A stretch of 32,000 nucleotides of DNA from Bacillus subtilis subsp. subtilis str. 168 (GCF_000009045.1 NC_000964.3:3000001-3032000); one strand, 5' to 3'; positions 1-9,914 are shown, counted from the first letter of the stretch. The notes: a model not told the origin generated them from the letters alone. Numbers and translations are program-made.

Positions 1-967
1 GCGGCGGTCCGGAATGCCACTTCACATTTGCCTTTAACGAGAAAGCGGCAGAAATCTGCTCTGTGACTGCAAAAAAACGCTGTTTCACTTGATTACGAAC
101 CTCTGAATCAAATGTACGAACAGTGCCCTCAATGACCACTGTATCCGGAATGACATTCCAAGTGCTGCCGCCGTTGATTTTCCCTACGGTTAAAATCGCG
201 CTTTGCAGCGGGTTTACATTTCTGCTTACAATCGTTTGCAGGGCGACAATAAGCTGAGAGGCGCCGATAATTGGATCAAAACCATTATGCGGCAATGCTG
301 CATGAGCACCTTTCCCTTCTATCTCTACTTTAAATCGGTCAACAGCAGCCATAAGCGGGCCTGTTTTTAACCCTACAGTCCCAACCGCGATATCCGGTTT
401 ATTGTGAAGGCCAATAACCGCATCAATGCCATCCAGTTGGCCGTCCTCTATCACTTTTGTAGCGCCTGCACCCGCTTCCTCTGCTGGCTGAAATAATAAA
501 CGAATCTTTCCTTTCAGACTGTCTTGATTTTCCTTCAATAAAAAGGCCGCACCAAGAAGCGCTGCCGTATGAAAATCATGACCGCACGCATGCATGATCC
601 CTTTATGTTTAGACGCATAAGGCAATCCTGTTTTTTCTTCAATTGGCAAGGCGTCAATATCAGCCCTCAAAGCAATCGCCGGACCTTCTGACTCCCCTGC
701 TATGTCTGCGAACACACCCGTTTTTAGAGCAGTAGGGCGAATCTGTATCCCCTTTTCTTTAAGGCATTTTTTTATAAAAGCAGTTGTTTCAAATTCTTCT
801 TTTGACAGTTCAGGATATTGGTGCAGGTGCCGGCGAATGCCGATGAGCTGCTTTTCTAGCGTTGAGAGATTTACGGGATTAGACTCCTCTTTCAACGTCA
901 GGATGTCATTTCCTGTAGTCTGATATGGATAGGAGCCTTCTATATTTCTCCAATAATCCAAAGACAT
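1..967 (-). CDS. sndA (ytnL, hipO): M20-family amidohydrolase / N-acyl (S-substituted) cysteine deacetylase, 3' end truncated by window edge
   Basis: Open frame from ATG at 967 reading MSLDYWRNIEGSYPYQTTGNDILTLKEESNP...LRADIDALPIEEKTG...MHACGHDFHTAALLGAA, with typical M20 metallopeptidase motifs; position downstream of ribR. Confidence 0.88.
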   Translation of the reverse strand, partial: MSLDYWRNIEGSYPYQTTGNDILTLKEESNPVNLSTLEKQLIGIRRHLHQYPELSKEEFETTAFIKKCLKEKGIQIRPTALKTGVFADIAGESEGPAIALRADIDALPIEEKTGLPYASKHKGIMHACGHDFHTAALLGAAFLLKENQDSLKGKIRLLFQPAEEAGAGATKVIEDGQLDGIDAVIGLHNKPDIAVGTVGLKTGPLMAAVDRFKVEIEGKGAHAALPHNGFDPIIGASQLIVALQTIVSRNVNPLQSAILTVGKINGGSTWNVIPDTVVIEGTVRTFDSEVRNQVKQRFFAVTEQISAAFSLKANVKWHSGPP

Positions 968-984
968 ATGTTCCGCTCCTTTCC

Positions 985-1677
985 CTATCCCAATATATTT
1001 TCTTCAGACTCTTCAACATAAGATGAAATAAATCGGTTCAATTTATCAGCAAGACCGCCCGCCCCAAATCTTATATACTTGCTGGAAACTTTCGGATTAT
1101 CTTCTTTCAAAAAGCTTAAAAAAGATAAAATATAAATGCGCCTGTAAGCTACTTGTGTAATTCCGTACTCAAAAAACCAGTTATCAATGACATTGTATAC
1201 GCCTCGGTTGACGCCATATAGGTTATTACATTTCTTGTAAAAGCAGAGATCCGGAAGATTTAACTCCTGATGGGAAAGAAGGCTTTCTTTTTTGTTTGGT
1301 GCCATAATCCCAATCAGCTCAAAGCGTTTTGCAACGCACGAAATATCCTTTTTAATTTGCTTTGTTAAAGACTCCAAAGAATCAAACCTTCTTTCTTCTC
1401 TAATTTTAAAGAGAATGCTGCATTCGATTTTTTCTCCATAAATGTCTCTATGAAAGTCAAACAAAAAAATCTCCAATGTCTTTTCAAGGTTAGAGCCCAC
1501 CGTCGGTTTCACACCGATATTCATAACCCCTAAATGAAATTGATGATTGACTGTCGCCAGAACCCCATAAACTCCATTACGCAGCCCATGTATTTTTGCA
1601 TCTACATTTGCCGTGGGGAATCCAAGCTTTCTGCCTAATTGTTTTCCTTTCACAACCGTACCGGCAATGATCGTCAA
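985..1677 (-). CDS. ribR: RibR: riboflavin kinase-like domain plus C-terminal FMN-riboswitch-interacting region, TTG start
   Basis: 230 aa; GTVVKGKQLGRKLGFPTANV...LRNGVYGVLATVNHQFHLGVMNIGVKPTVG...LEIFLFDFHRDIYGEKIE is flavokinase-like; RBS gaggagg upstream; TTG initiation codon; genomic context. Confidence 0.92.
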   Translation of the reverse strand: MTIIAGTVVKGKQLGRKLGFPTANVDAKIHGLRNGVYGVLATVNHQFHLGVMNIGVKPTVGSNLEKTLEIFLFDFHRDIYGEKIECSILFKIREERRFDSLESLTKQIKKDISCVAKRFELIGIMAPNKKESLLSHQELNLPDLCFYKKCNNLYGVNRGVYNVIDNWFFEYGITQVAYRRIYILSFLSFLKEDNPKVSSKYIRFGAGGLADKLNRFISSYVEESEENILG

Positions 1678-1723
1678 AAAAGTCAGCCTCCTCTCTCAGC
1701 TTCCGCATTCGATCAGACGAAAC

Positions 1724-3052
1724 CTAATGATGTGATGAATGTAAAACGGATTGATGCTGCGGAATGCCAAGACCGAGATTTTCCCGCAATGTCCCGCCGC
1801 GATAATCTTGACGATAAAGCCCTCTTTCTTGAAGAATCGGAATCACCTTTTCTACAAAAGCATCAAGTGTTCCCGGTATATCCGACCCAACGATAAACCC
1901 ATCCGCCGCCTCAGCGTTGAACCAAGTTTCAATTAAGGATGCGACACGCTCTGGTGTTCCGATGAATAGAGTCCGTGGAAAAGCCATTTCCTGTGCTACC
2001 TCCCGCAATGTCAGATTTCTGGCTTTTGCTTCTCTCTTAATCCGGTCTGTTGTGCTTTGAAACGCATTCTTTCCCACATCGCCAATATCGGGAAATGGCT
2101 CATCCAACGGGTAAACACTCAGATCATAATCATCAAAAAAACGGGCCAAATAAGTAACAGCATTTTCAATCGGTATCAATTCTGCAAATTCACGATACTT
2201 CTTTTCCGCCTCTTCTTCCGTATCTGCCACAATCGGGCTGATCCCTGGAAAAATCCGCACACTTGAAGGATCACGCCCTTCATCAGCAGCTCGGCTTTTC
2301 ACATCCGCATAAAACGCTTTTGTCTCTTCTAATGAATTGGAATGGGTAAAAATCGCATCCGCATTTTTAGCAGCAAACTGCCGGCCTGTTTCTGATGAAC
2401 CCGCTTGAAACACTACAGGCTCTCCCTGCTTAGAGCGCCCGATATTCAAGGGCCCCTCTACTTGAAAATACTTTCCTTTATGATTCAGGCGATGAAGCTT
2501 CGCCTGATCGAAAAACTGCCCTGTTTTCTTATTGTGTATAAATGCGTCATGCTCCCAGGAATTCCACAGCCCGCGCACAACATCCAAATGCTCTTGTGCG
2601 ATCTCGTAACGTTCAGTGTGTTCTGGCAAATTAGACTTACTATGGTTGCGCGCCGCTCCTTCCTGCGGCGAAGTAACCAGATTCCAGCCGGCCCTGCCCC
2701 CGCTGATATGGTCCAGCGACATCAATTGTCTGGAGATAGTGAATGGCTCAGTAAAAGATGTAGAGAACGTCCCTACTAAACCAATATTTTTGGTAACCGA
2801 TGCCAGCGCAGATAAAATGGTGATCGGTTCAAAACGGTTTAAAAAATGAGGAATCGATTTTTCAGAAATAAATAAGCCGTCTGCAATGAAAATAAAACTA
2901 AACAAACCTTTTTCAGCTGTTTGCGCCTTTTTCATGTAAAATTCAATATTCGTGCTGGCCGAGGGATCAACATCGGGATGACGCCAGCCGTCAGTTGTTC
3001 CCCCGACACCGTGAATCATGGCTCCAAACTGAATAAAATCTGCACGTGTCAT
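1724..3052 (-). CDS. cmoJ (ytnJ): FMN-dependent monooxygenase (NtaA/SnaA/SoxA/DszA family), alkylcysteine sulfoxide C-S monooxygenase
   Basis: 442 aa; full-length family-like sequence [26 protein letters not shown]... Confidence 0.9.
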   Translation of the reverse strand: MTRADFIQFGAMIHGVGGTTDGWRHPDVDPSASTNIEFYMKKAQTAEKGLFSFIFIADGLFISEKSIPHFLNRFEPITILSALASVTKNIGLVGTFSTSFTEPFTISRQLMSLDHISGGRAGWNLVTSPQEGAARNHSKSNLPEHTERYEIAQEHLDVVRGLWNSWEHDAFIHNKKTGQFFDQAKLHRLNHKGKYFQVEGPLNIGRSKQGEPVVFQAGSSETGRQFAAKNADAIFTHSNSLEETKAFYADVKSRAADEGRDPSSVRIFPGISPIVADTEEEAEKKYREFAELIPIENAVTYLARFFDDYDLSVYPLDEPFPDIGDVGKNAFQSTTDRIKREAKARNLTLREVAQEMAFPRTLFIGTPERVASLIETWFNAEAADGFIVGSDIPGTLDAFVEKVIPILQERGLYRQDYRGGTLRENLGLGIPQHQSVLHSSHH

Positions 3053-3330
3053 CTTTTTGCCTCCTTTATCTGTGCATGATTAGCAAGTGCAAGATCAAGG
3101 TGTTCAATGCCGATTTCAGTTATCCCTTGATACTGATTGCCGCGCCCGATTTCGACCACAGGCACATGGCGCACCCCATATTTCACCTGTAAAATATCCC
3201 GAAGCTTTTCTTTCTCTGAAACATCGATATTTTGGAACGGGAACCCTTTTTCATTCAAATAATTCTTGACTTCCTCACAATACGAACAGCCTTTTTTACT
3301 CCAAACCACAATGTTCACAACATCACTCAT
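3049..3330 (-). CDS. cmoI (ytnI): Glutaredoxin-like thioredoxin-fold protein
   Basis: 93 aa; [20 protein letters not shown] redox motif CSYC; 4-bp overlap with the downstream monooxygenase ORF. Confidence 0.88.
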   Translation of the reverse strand: MSDVVNIVVWSKKGCSYCEEVKNYLNEKGFPFQNIDVSEKEKLRDILQVKYGVRHVPVVEIGRGNQYQGITEIGIEHLDLALANHAQIKEAKR

Positions 3331-3344
3331 TCTTCTGTCCCTCC

Positions 3345-4349
3345 TTAACGTTTTGCAGCTAAAACTGCATCGCTCAGCAGCTGATAAGACAGCTGTTTTT
3401 CTACAGCATTTTTGATCGGTGTAAAAATAACAAAATCATTGATTTTGTATGTGCCTGATAAACGTGTTAATTCTTCTGCCACTTCTTCCTTTGTTCCGGC
3501 AATAATCCCGGTTTTTTGCACGATGATGTCATAGGGCTCTGTGACGTTTTCCAGATAGGCCTCAGCCTGTTCGCGGGAACCGACGTTGACCTTACGCCCG
3601 TCTTTCAAAACCACTTTTATCGATTCACGCGACACAATATGTTTTTCCGCTTCTTCTTTTGTATGTGCCGCAAAAACAGCGGGGGCAAGATGAAATTCAG
3701 CCTCAGATCCTGGCGGGAGATGCGCGTCAAATGCTCGGCGGGCTTCCTTCAGCACTTCCTCTTCACCGTTAATAAAGTAAGCAAAGACAAAAGAGATTCC
3801 CAGTTTTGCAGCAGAAATGGCACTCTCTGTGCTTCCTCCCAATAGAAAAATACCCGGCTTCCGATCAACCTGCGGCCTAGGACGCAATGCGGCATAGCGG
3901 TGGGTATCAGGAAAATCATCCCGAACGAAATGAGTAAGCTCCTCCAGTTTTTCATCAAACTGACGCACCGGTTTTTTATATTCGGCCTGCAGCGCGTCTG
4001 TGGACAGCTGAAACCCGCCGGGCGCTTTGCCCACTCCAAGATCTATACGGCCGGGAGCTAACGCTGATAGAAGATGGAATTGCTCCGCTACTTTATAAGA
4101 GCTGTAATGCTGCAGCATCACTCCGCCTGATGCTAAACGAATTTTTCTTGTGCTTGCAGCAAGATAGCCTAAAAGAACCTCGGGTGCAGACCCTGCAATC
4201 TCATCATTGTTGTGATGTTCGGCCACCCAAAATCGGTGATATCCACATTCTTCAGCCATTTGTGCCAATTTCACTGTATGCTGTAATGTATCAGCTGCTG
4301 TCTCCCCTTCACCAATCAAGCTTTGGTCTAAAATACTTAAGCGGATCAT
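3345..4349 (-). CDS. cmoO (ytmO): Luciferase-like monooxygenase (LLM family)
   Basis: 334 aa; [43 protein letters not shown] is typical of LLM-family proteins. Confidence 0.9.
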   Translation of the reverse strand: MIRLSILDQSLIGEGETAADTLQHTVKLAQMAEECGYHRFWVAEHHNNDEIAGSAPEVLLGYLAASTRKIRLASGGVMLQHYSSYKVAEQFHLLSALAPGRIDLGVGKAPGGFQLSTDALQAEYKKPVRQFDEKLEELTHFVRDDFPDTHRYAALRPRPQVDRKPGIFLLGGSTESAISAAKLGISFVFAYFINGEEEVLKEARRAFDAHLPPGSEAEFHLAPAVFAAHTKEEAEKHIVSRESIKVVLKDGRKVNVGSREQAEAYLENVTEPYDIIVQKTGIIAGTKEEVAEELTRLSGTYKINDFVIFTPIKNAVEKQLSYQLLSDAVLAAKR

Positions 4350-5125
4350 ATCACCGGCTCCTTTATGTGTTCTTTTGGTTCAAATAAATATTCCGGCGAA
4401 ACACGGCGGAGAAACTGCCTCGTTCTGTCTTTTTTGGTATGGCGGAAGACTTCCTCCGGGGTTCCTTGTTCAACAATGACTCCTTCATCCATAAAAACAA
4501 CTTGATCAGAGACCCTTCTTGCAAACTCCATTTCATGTGTAACAACAATCATGGTGGCTCCGGTTTTCACGATTTCCAGCATTACCTCAAGCACTTCACC
4601 GACCAGCTCCGGGTCAAGCGCTGCCGTCGGCTCATCGAACAGCAGCACATCAGGATGAATGGCAAGCGCCCTTGCTATCCCTACCCTCTGCTTTTGTCCT
4701 CCCGATAACTGACTCGGATAAGCGTTCAATTTATCTTGAAGCCCGACCTTTCTCAGTTCATTTTCCGCTACGGCATACGCGTCTTGTTTTCTCATTTTCC
4801 GGGCAATCGTCAAGCCCTCCATGACATTTTCAATCACCGTTTTGTGAGCAAACAGGTGGTATTGCTGAAATACCATTGCCGTCTGTTTTCTGAGCCAGTG
4901 AACCTCTTTTTTGGACGGAAAGCGGCAATTAATCACTTTGTCATGTATAGAAATGATCCCTTCGTCTGGACGTTCTAATAAATTCAGGCACCGTAAAAAG
5001 GTGGTTTTCCCTGATCCGCTCGGCCCGATAATCGTCACAACTTCTCCCTTGCGTACCGTGAGATTTATCCCTTTTAATACATGGTGGATGCCAAACTGTT
5101 TATGGATATTTTTAATCTCAATCAT
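4346..5125 (-). CDS. tcyN (ytmN): Amino-acid (cystine/S-compound) ABC transporter ATP-binding protein
   Basis: Walker [10 protein letters not shown], signature [15 protein letters not shown], Walker B VLLFDEPT; start set at [12 protein letters not shown] instead of the longer track ORF; 4-bp overlap with tcyM stop. Confidence 0.93.
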
Positions 5126-5829
5126 AAAGTGCCTCCTTGAAATCTGGCTGCCTTTCTCTCTAATACTCCATTTGCGGATTCTAGGATTAGAGTCAGCACC
5201 CAATAGATAATCGCTGCTCCGATAAACGCTTCTAAAAATGCATAATTATCAGAAGCAACGATAGTCGCCGTCCCTGTAATCTCTGGGACAGCCACTATAG
5301 CCGCGATAGAGGTGGTATGCAAAAAGCCGATACCCAAATTTGTGAAGTTTGGGATGGAAACCTTCAGCGCCTGCGGCAATATTACACGCCGAAAGGTTTG
5401 GCTGTATGTCAAGCCGATTGAATAAGCCGCTTCGACCTGTCCGGTATCCATCGCCAGAATGCCCGACCGGATGATTTCTGTGAGATAAGCTCCGGCAGTT
5501 AAAGACAAGGCCATGATGACAAACATGGAGACCGGTATCTCATTAGCGGACCAGCCGAGATGAAAAAAACTGCTGACTTGATCTGCAACAGGCGGTATCC
5601 CTAAATAAATCAACATAATGTGAAGAATTGCAGGTGTACTTCGAAAGAAAGACACATAAAACCTTGAGCAAGCCACCAAGCCCTTAATTCTAAAAATTCT
5701 AACAATTATATTTCCAAGAGCCACGAGAAATCCAAACACAATCGGCAAAACAGCCATCATCAATGTCAGAGGAATGGTCTTTACCATTTCTTTCATGGCG
5801 GAAACGATAAATGGAAAGTCAAATTGCAA
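5122..5829 (-). CDS. tcyM (ytmM): Amino-acid ABC transporter permease, TTG start
   Basis: 235 aa, hydrophobic; HisM-type permease motif [24 protein letters not shown]; TTG initiation after ggggggag. Confidence 0.92.
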
Positions 5830-5858
5830 TCTTCTCCCCCCTCATCCGAAGAAATATA

Positions 5859-6578
5859 TCAATGTATGTTCATGTCAAAAACAGTAACAATCCTTGTTTG
5901 ATTCTTCTTGATTCGTTTTTCTGCCACTCGAAAGAACCATTCGAATAAAACCGCTACAGCATAATAAACAATCGATAGCGCAATGTAAACTTCAAGAGAA
6001 TGGTTGCTTGAGGTAATCAGTGTTTGGCCCCTTCCGGACATATCCATAACACCTATTGAAAAGGCTAGAGACGTATCTTTTAAAGAACTGATCACCATGT
6101 TTCCCATATTCGGAAACGCCTGGACAAGTGCCTGGGGCAGAACGATTCGCCTGAAGGCCTGACTACCGCTTAAGCCAATACTGTACGCCGCTTCCGTTTG
6201 GCCTTTATCTACACTGCCCACCCCCGCTCGAATGATTTCTGCGGCTGCCGCTGCATTGCTTAACGCGTAGGTTGCGACAGCAGCATAAAACGGGTCCATT
6301 TTTGATGTATCAATCCCGATAAGCCCCGTAAGCGCCGGGATCCCGTAAAACACGATGAAAAGCTGCACCATGATAGGCGTTCCCCTGAAAAACGAGATAT
6401 ACACTTTTGCCAATTGATTTACAATTGGAATATTATAGATGCGGGGCAGTGCCAGAAAGAGTCCTAATACAAAACCGAAAAGCAAGGACAGTGTTAAAAT
6501 GTATAATGTAACCGGTAAATAAGCGGTTAACGTCGGCACAAAATCTCCAATCATGTTCATATCAAACGCTTTTTCCAT
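5859..6578 (-). CDS. tcyL (ytmL): Amino-acid ABC transporter permease
   Basis: 239 aa; [28 protein letters not shown]; ATG immediately follows an alternative GTG at 6581. Confidence 0.92.
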   Translation of the reverse strand: MEKAFDMNMIGDFVPTLTAYLPVTLYILTLSLLFGFVLGLFLALPRIYNIPIVNQLAKVYISFFRGTPIMVQLFIVFYGIPALTGLIGIDTSKMDPFYAAVATYALSNAAAAAEIIRAGVGSVDKGQTEAAYSIGLSGSQAFRRIVLPQALVQAFPNMGNMVISSLKDTSLAFSIGVMDMSGRGQTLITSSNHSLEVYIALSIVYYAVAVLFEWFFRVAEKRIKKNQTRIVTVFDMNIH

Positions 6579-6599
6579 CACTGCTCCCTCTCTTTTTAC

Positions 6600-7412
6600 C
6601 TAATACTGCTCTTTGGAATAGTCGTCACCAAGCCATTTCAAACTGAGCCTTTTCAACGTTCCGTCATCAATGATTTCCTGTAAGGCTTTATCAATATCGT
6701 CACTTAACGTTTGTTCATTTTTGTTAAACATAAAATACACTTTGGCATTTGAAAGCACATTACCGACGGTTTTTTCTTTAATAGTGCTCGTCTTGTTTTG
6801 AAAGTCTACTGCAAAAGGCGTTGAGATCGTTGCGTCCGCACGCCCCGATTTCAGCTGATTCGCAGTCTCATTTGCGCCTTGGCCCTCATAGGCAATCTCA
6901 AACGGCCGTCCATTATCCTCATTCCATTTTTTCAGTACAAGCGCTCCGTTGGAGGTTGCACTCGTAATCACCCGTTTTCCTTTTAAGTCTTCAATTCCAC
7001 GGATCGTATCGTTATTTTGAAGCACAGTAATTTTTAAAGGAAAATGGTTGTAAGCAACCTTGTTAAACAGAAATTTTTTCTCACGCTCTTTGCTTTTCTC
7101 CATTTGATGTGCCACGATATCGACTTTATGCTGTCCGAGGCTGACAAGCAGGTTGGAAAATTCCATCGTTTTAAATGTGAATTTATAATGTGGCAGGCGC
7201 TTATCAAGCTCTTTGATCAGTTCGACATCATAACCGGTTAAATCGCCTTTTTCATCGATAAAGCAAATATTCGGAAATTGGGTTCCAGTTCCGACCGTGA
7301 TCGTCTGTACCTTCTTTTGCCCGGCTCCCGTCGTTTGACTGCCTGCACCGCAAGCTGACAGAACTGTTATAAGCGAAAATAATATTGCCATGAATGCTGT
7401 TTTCGTTTTCAT
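6600..7412 (-). CDS. tcyK (ytmK): Extracellular solute-binding lipoprotein of the cystine-type ABC transporter
   Basis: Lipobox LSAC near N-terminus; SBP_bac_3-like sequence DLTGYDVELIKELDKRLP. Confidence 0.92.
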   Translation of the reverse strand: MKTKTAFMAILFSLITVLSACGAGSQTTGAGQKKVQTITVGTGTQFPNICFIDEKGDLTGYDVELIKELDKRLPHYKFTFKTMEFSNLLVSLGQHKVDIVAHQMEKSKEREKKFLFNKVAYNHFPLKITVLQNNDTIRGIEDLKGKRVITSATSNGALVLKKWNEDNGRPFEIAYEGQGANETANQLKSGRADATISTPFAVDFQNKTSTIKEKTVGNVLSNAKVYFMFNKNEQTLSDDIDKALQEIIDDGTLKRLSLKWLGDDYSKEQY

Positions 7413-7425
7413 CTCATCGCCCCAT

Positions 7426-8235
7426 TTATTTTTCAAAACTTGATTTTGAATAATCTGCCCCGAGCCATTTTCGGCTTAGTTTTTTTAGCGTTCCGTTTTT
7501 CTCCAGCTTTTTAATCGCTTGATCCGTGTCATCCGCCAAGGTTTGGCTGCCTTTATTAAACATAAAGTACACCTCGGTATCTAATAACACGTCACCGACT
7601 GTCTTTTGGCGGAAGGCGTGCGTTTTATTCTGAAAATCGACGGCAAACGGTGTAGCTATCGTTGCATCTGCGCGCCCGGTTTCAATTTGATTGGCGGTAT
7701 CATTGCTTCCCTGTCCCGCATATTTCAAATGAATTGGGCTGCCGTGCGTTTTGTTGTACTTTGTAATATAATCTGCCGCATTTGACGTGGCGCCAACTAT
7801 GACTGTTTTTCCGTGTAAGTCTTTTAATGTATGAATCTTGTGATTATCCTCTTTCACCGTGATGTACATCGGCGAGTAGTTATATGGGACTTTATGATAC
7901 AAAAAACGCTTTTCTCGTTCTTTATTTTTGGCCATATTGTGCGCAATCACATCAATTTTTTTATTTCCGAGACTCGTCAGCAAATTTGAGAAATCCATCG
8001 TTTTAAATTCAAATGTATATTGAGGCAACTCCTTATCGATGGCTTTCATCACTTCAATGTCATACCCGGTCAATTCACCTTTTTCATTTAAAAACGCAAT
8101 ATTCGGAAAATCTGTTCCAGTGCCGACTATGACCGTTTGAGCCTGACGATCTGTTTTGTTATTTGTTTGCGAACATCCCCCGCCAAGTAATGCAAACACT
8201 GACAGCAGCAAAACCAATCCTTTACGCTTATTCAT
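7426..8235 (-). CDS. tcyJ (ytmJ): Extracellular solute-binding lipoprotein, paralogue of the adjacent tcyK product
   Basis: Lipobox-like LLGGGC; ELTGYDIEVMKAIDKELPQYTFEFKTMDFSNLL closely parallels TcyK. Confidence 0.92.
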   Translation of the reverse strand: MNKRKGLVLLLSVFALLGGGCSQTNNKTDRQAQTVIVGTGTDFPNIAFLNEKGELTGYDIEVMKAIDKELPQYTFEFKTMDFSNLLTSLGNKKIDVIAHNMAKNKEREKRFLYHKVPYNYSPMYITVKEDNHKIHTLKDLHGKTVIVGATSNAADYITKYNKTHGSPIHLKYAGQGSNDTANQIETGRADATIATPFAVDFQNKTHAFRQKTVGDVLLDTEVYFMFNKGSQTLADDTDQAIKKLEKNGTLKKLSRKWLGADYSKSSFEK

Positions 8236-8248
8236 AGGCTGCCTCACA

Positions 8249-8785
8249 TCATGCCCAGCTGGGCGCACCTAAAAGCGTTGGGTTAAATCGTTCCGGAATC
8301 AGAACCTTGTGCATCATCACACCTATGTCCCCGTCTTTTTCCTGCTCAAAATACACTTCATACCCTCTCCTTCTGTACATGTCAGCAAGCCAAGGATGCT
8401 TGCGCGCCGATGTGCCGAGTGTCAGCGCAGGAGCCTTCAGCATATCTCGAAGCACTTTTTCTTCAACATACGTAAGCAGCTTACTTCCGGCGCCTTGCCC
8501 TTTATATTCCGGCAGTGTCGCAAACCACCACACAAATGGATATTTTGAAGGAGGCGTCTCACTCTCCCACGGGAACCTGATTGTAATCGTTGAAATCAGC
8601 TTCCCATCCCGCTCCAGCACAATCGCTGAATGATGTTCAATATTTTCTGATACCATTTGGATATCAGCTCTCGTGGATGGCCAATCAATATCCAGCTGCC
8701 GAATGGGCTGAAATGCGCTGTTAACCAGTTTCAACAGCTCCGATGCATCTTCAACAGTTGCCAGTCGAAAAATATCATCACTCAT
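8249..8785 (-). CDS. snaA (ytmI): GNAT N-acetyltransferase (S-substituted cysteine N-acetyltransferase)
   Basis: 178 aa from MSDDIFRLATVEDA; acetyl-CoA binding region LPEYKGQGAGSKLL. Confidence 0.9.
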   Translation of the reverse strand: MSDDIFRLATVEDASELLKLVNSAFQPIRQLDIDWPSTRADIQMVSENIEHHSAIVLERDGKLISTITIRFPWESETPPSKYPFVWWFATLPEYKGQGAGSKLLTYVEEKVLRDMLKAPALTLGTSARKHPWLADMYRRRGYEVYFEQEKDGDIGVMMHKVLIPERFNPTLLGAPSWA

Positions 8786-8825
8786 TTTTGTCACTCCTCT
8801 TCACAAAATATATAATTCCTATTTG

Positions 8826-8853
8826 TTTACTAAGCTTTTATTGTTTATACTAT
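8826..8853 (+). promoter_or_regulatory. Candidate SigA promoter for ascR/ytlI in the divergent snaA-ascR intergenic region
   Basis: TTTACT (8826-8831), 16-bp spacer, TACTAT (8848-8853). Confidence 0.45.
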
Positions 8854-8937
8854 AAAGCATACTCTGATCTTTGACTAATCAAAAAAAGTAAACCTTCACT
8901 TCAGTAATTTTAATGATGAAAAACAGGAGGGAGCACA

Positions 8938-9864
8938 TTGGAGTTACGCTCAATCAAAACGTTTCATACGATTGTAAAATTTGGAAGCTTCTATAAAGCT
9001 GCAGAAATACTCAACTACTCGCAGCCGACGATATCGATGCGTATGAAGCAATTGGAGCAGGATTTAGGCGTACTGCTGTTTGAAAGAGGAAAAAGCCTGC
9101 AGTTGACAAAAGCAGGGAAGCTTTTTTATGAACGAACAGGAGATCTTTTGATGCAATACGAGGCGCTTAAACACAACCTCTCCGACTTAAAGGAAGAAGA
9201 GGCAGGCATTATCAACATAGGGGTTTCAGAGCCAACCGCCAGTCTGATATTCCCCGAGATTTTAAAGGATTTCTTAATGGATTACCCAAAGATAACGGTT
9301 AATATCAAGGTTGATGACGCCAATACCTGCAGTCAAAAGCTCTTAGACGGGACGATTGATTTTGCAGTCTGCGGCGAGCCGGAGCTGATTCTTGAAAATT
9401 ACTACCATCCATTTTTTTATGACACATTAAATGTGATTGTATCTGATCAACATCCGCTCGCTGAGAAGAAGGCTGTCCATTTGTCTGATTTAGCAGAAGA
9501 GCGCTTCATATTTACGCCCGCCAATTGCCCCATTCGCTTACAAATTGAACAGCATTTACATAGAGAACTCGGGAATCGCTACAAAAAAATGGAGCTCACA
9601 AGCAGCATGTCACATGAATATTACGTACGTGAAAACATCGGAATTTCAATCTTTACCAGCACCGCACATTCTAAACCGTTCAACGGCACTAAAGTCATTC
9701 CAATTCTGAACCTGGATATCACCCCGCCCATAGGGCTGTTGACAAATCAAAAAGAAGTTCATTTTGACCGCGCCACGAAGGACTTGATCGCCCGGATAAC
9801 CAAACGTTTTCAGCAGCGCAGCAAAGAATTGGAAGGAACCTCTGATAAGACCATTACAGGATAA
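8938..9864 (+). CDS. ascR (ytlI): LysR-family transcriptional regulator of the sulfur operon, TTG start
   Basis: 308 aa; N-terminal HTH MELRSIKTFHTIVKFGSFYKAAEILNYSQPTISMRMKQLEQDLGVLLFER; RBS ggagggag, TTG start; divergent from snaA. Confidence 0.93.
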   Translation: MELRSIKTFHTIVKFGSFYKAAEILNYSQPTISMRMKQLEQDLGVLLFERGKSLQLTKAGKLFYERTGDLLMQYEALKHNLSDLKEEEAGIINIGVSEPTASLIFPEILKDFLMDYPKITVNIKVDDANTCSQKLLDGTIDFAVCGEPELILENYYHPFFYDTLNVIVSDQHPLAEKKAVHLSDLAEERFIFTPANCPIRLQIEQHLHRELGNRYKKMELTSSMSHEYYVRENIGISIFTSTAHSKPFNGTKVIPILNLDITPPIGLLTNQKEVHFDRATKDLIARITKRFQQRSKELEGTSDKTITG

Positions 9865-9875
9865 CTGAAAAAATA

Positions 9876-9908
9876 AAAACCACCTCCTGATTCATCAGGA
9901 GATGGTTT
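9876..9908 (-). terminator. Intrinsic terminator, ytkL side; possibly also serving ascR
   Basis: + strand aaaaccacctcctgattcatcaggagatggttt: arms (a)accaCctcctga / tcaggagAtggtt with one mismatch; minus strand is followed by a T-rich tract. Confidence 0.8.
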
Positions 9909-9914
9909 CACGGT

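Noticed and set aside
1678-1723. Possible FMN riboswitch in the cmoJ-ribR gap
   Set aside because: Only 46 bp; far too short for an RFN element and without its conserved core.
2405-2849. 124-aa and 77-aa + strand ORFs opposite cmoJ
   Set aside because: Overlap each other and the convincing monooxygenase gene on the opposite strand; no recognisable domain.
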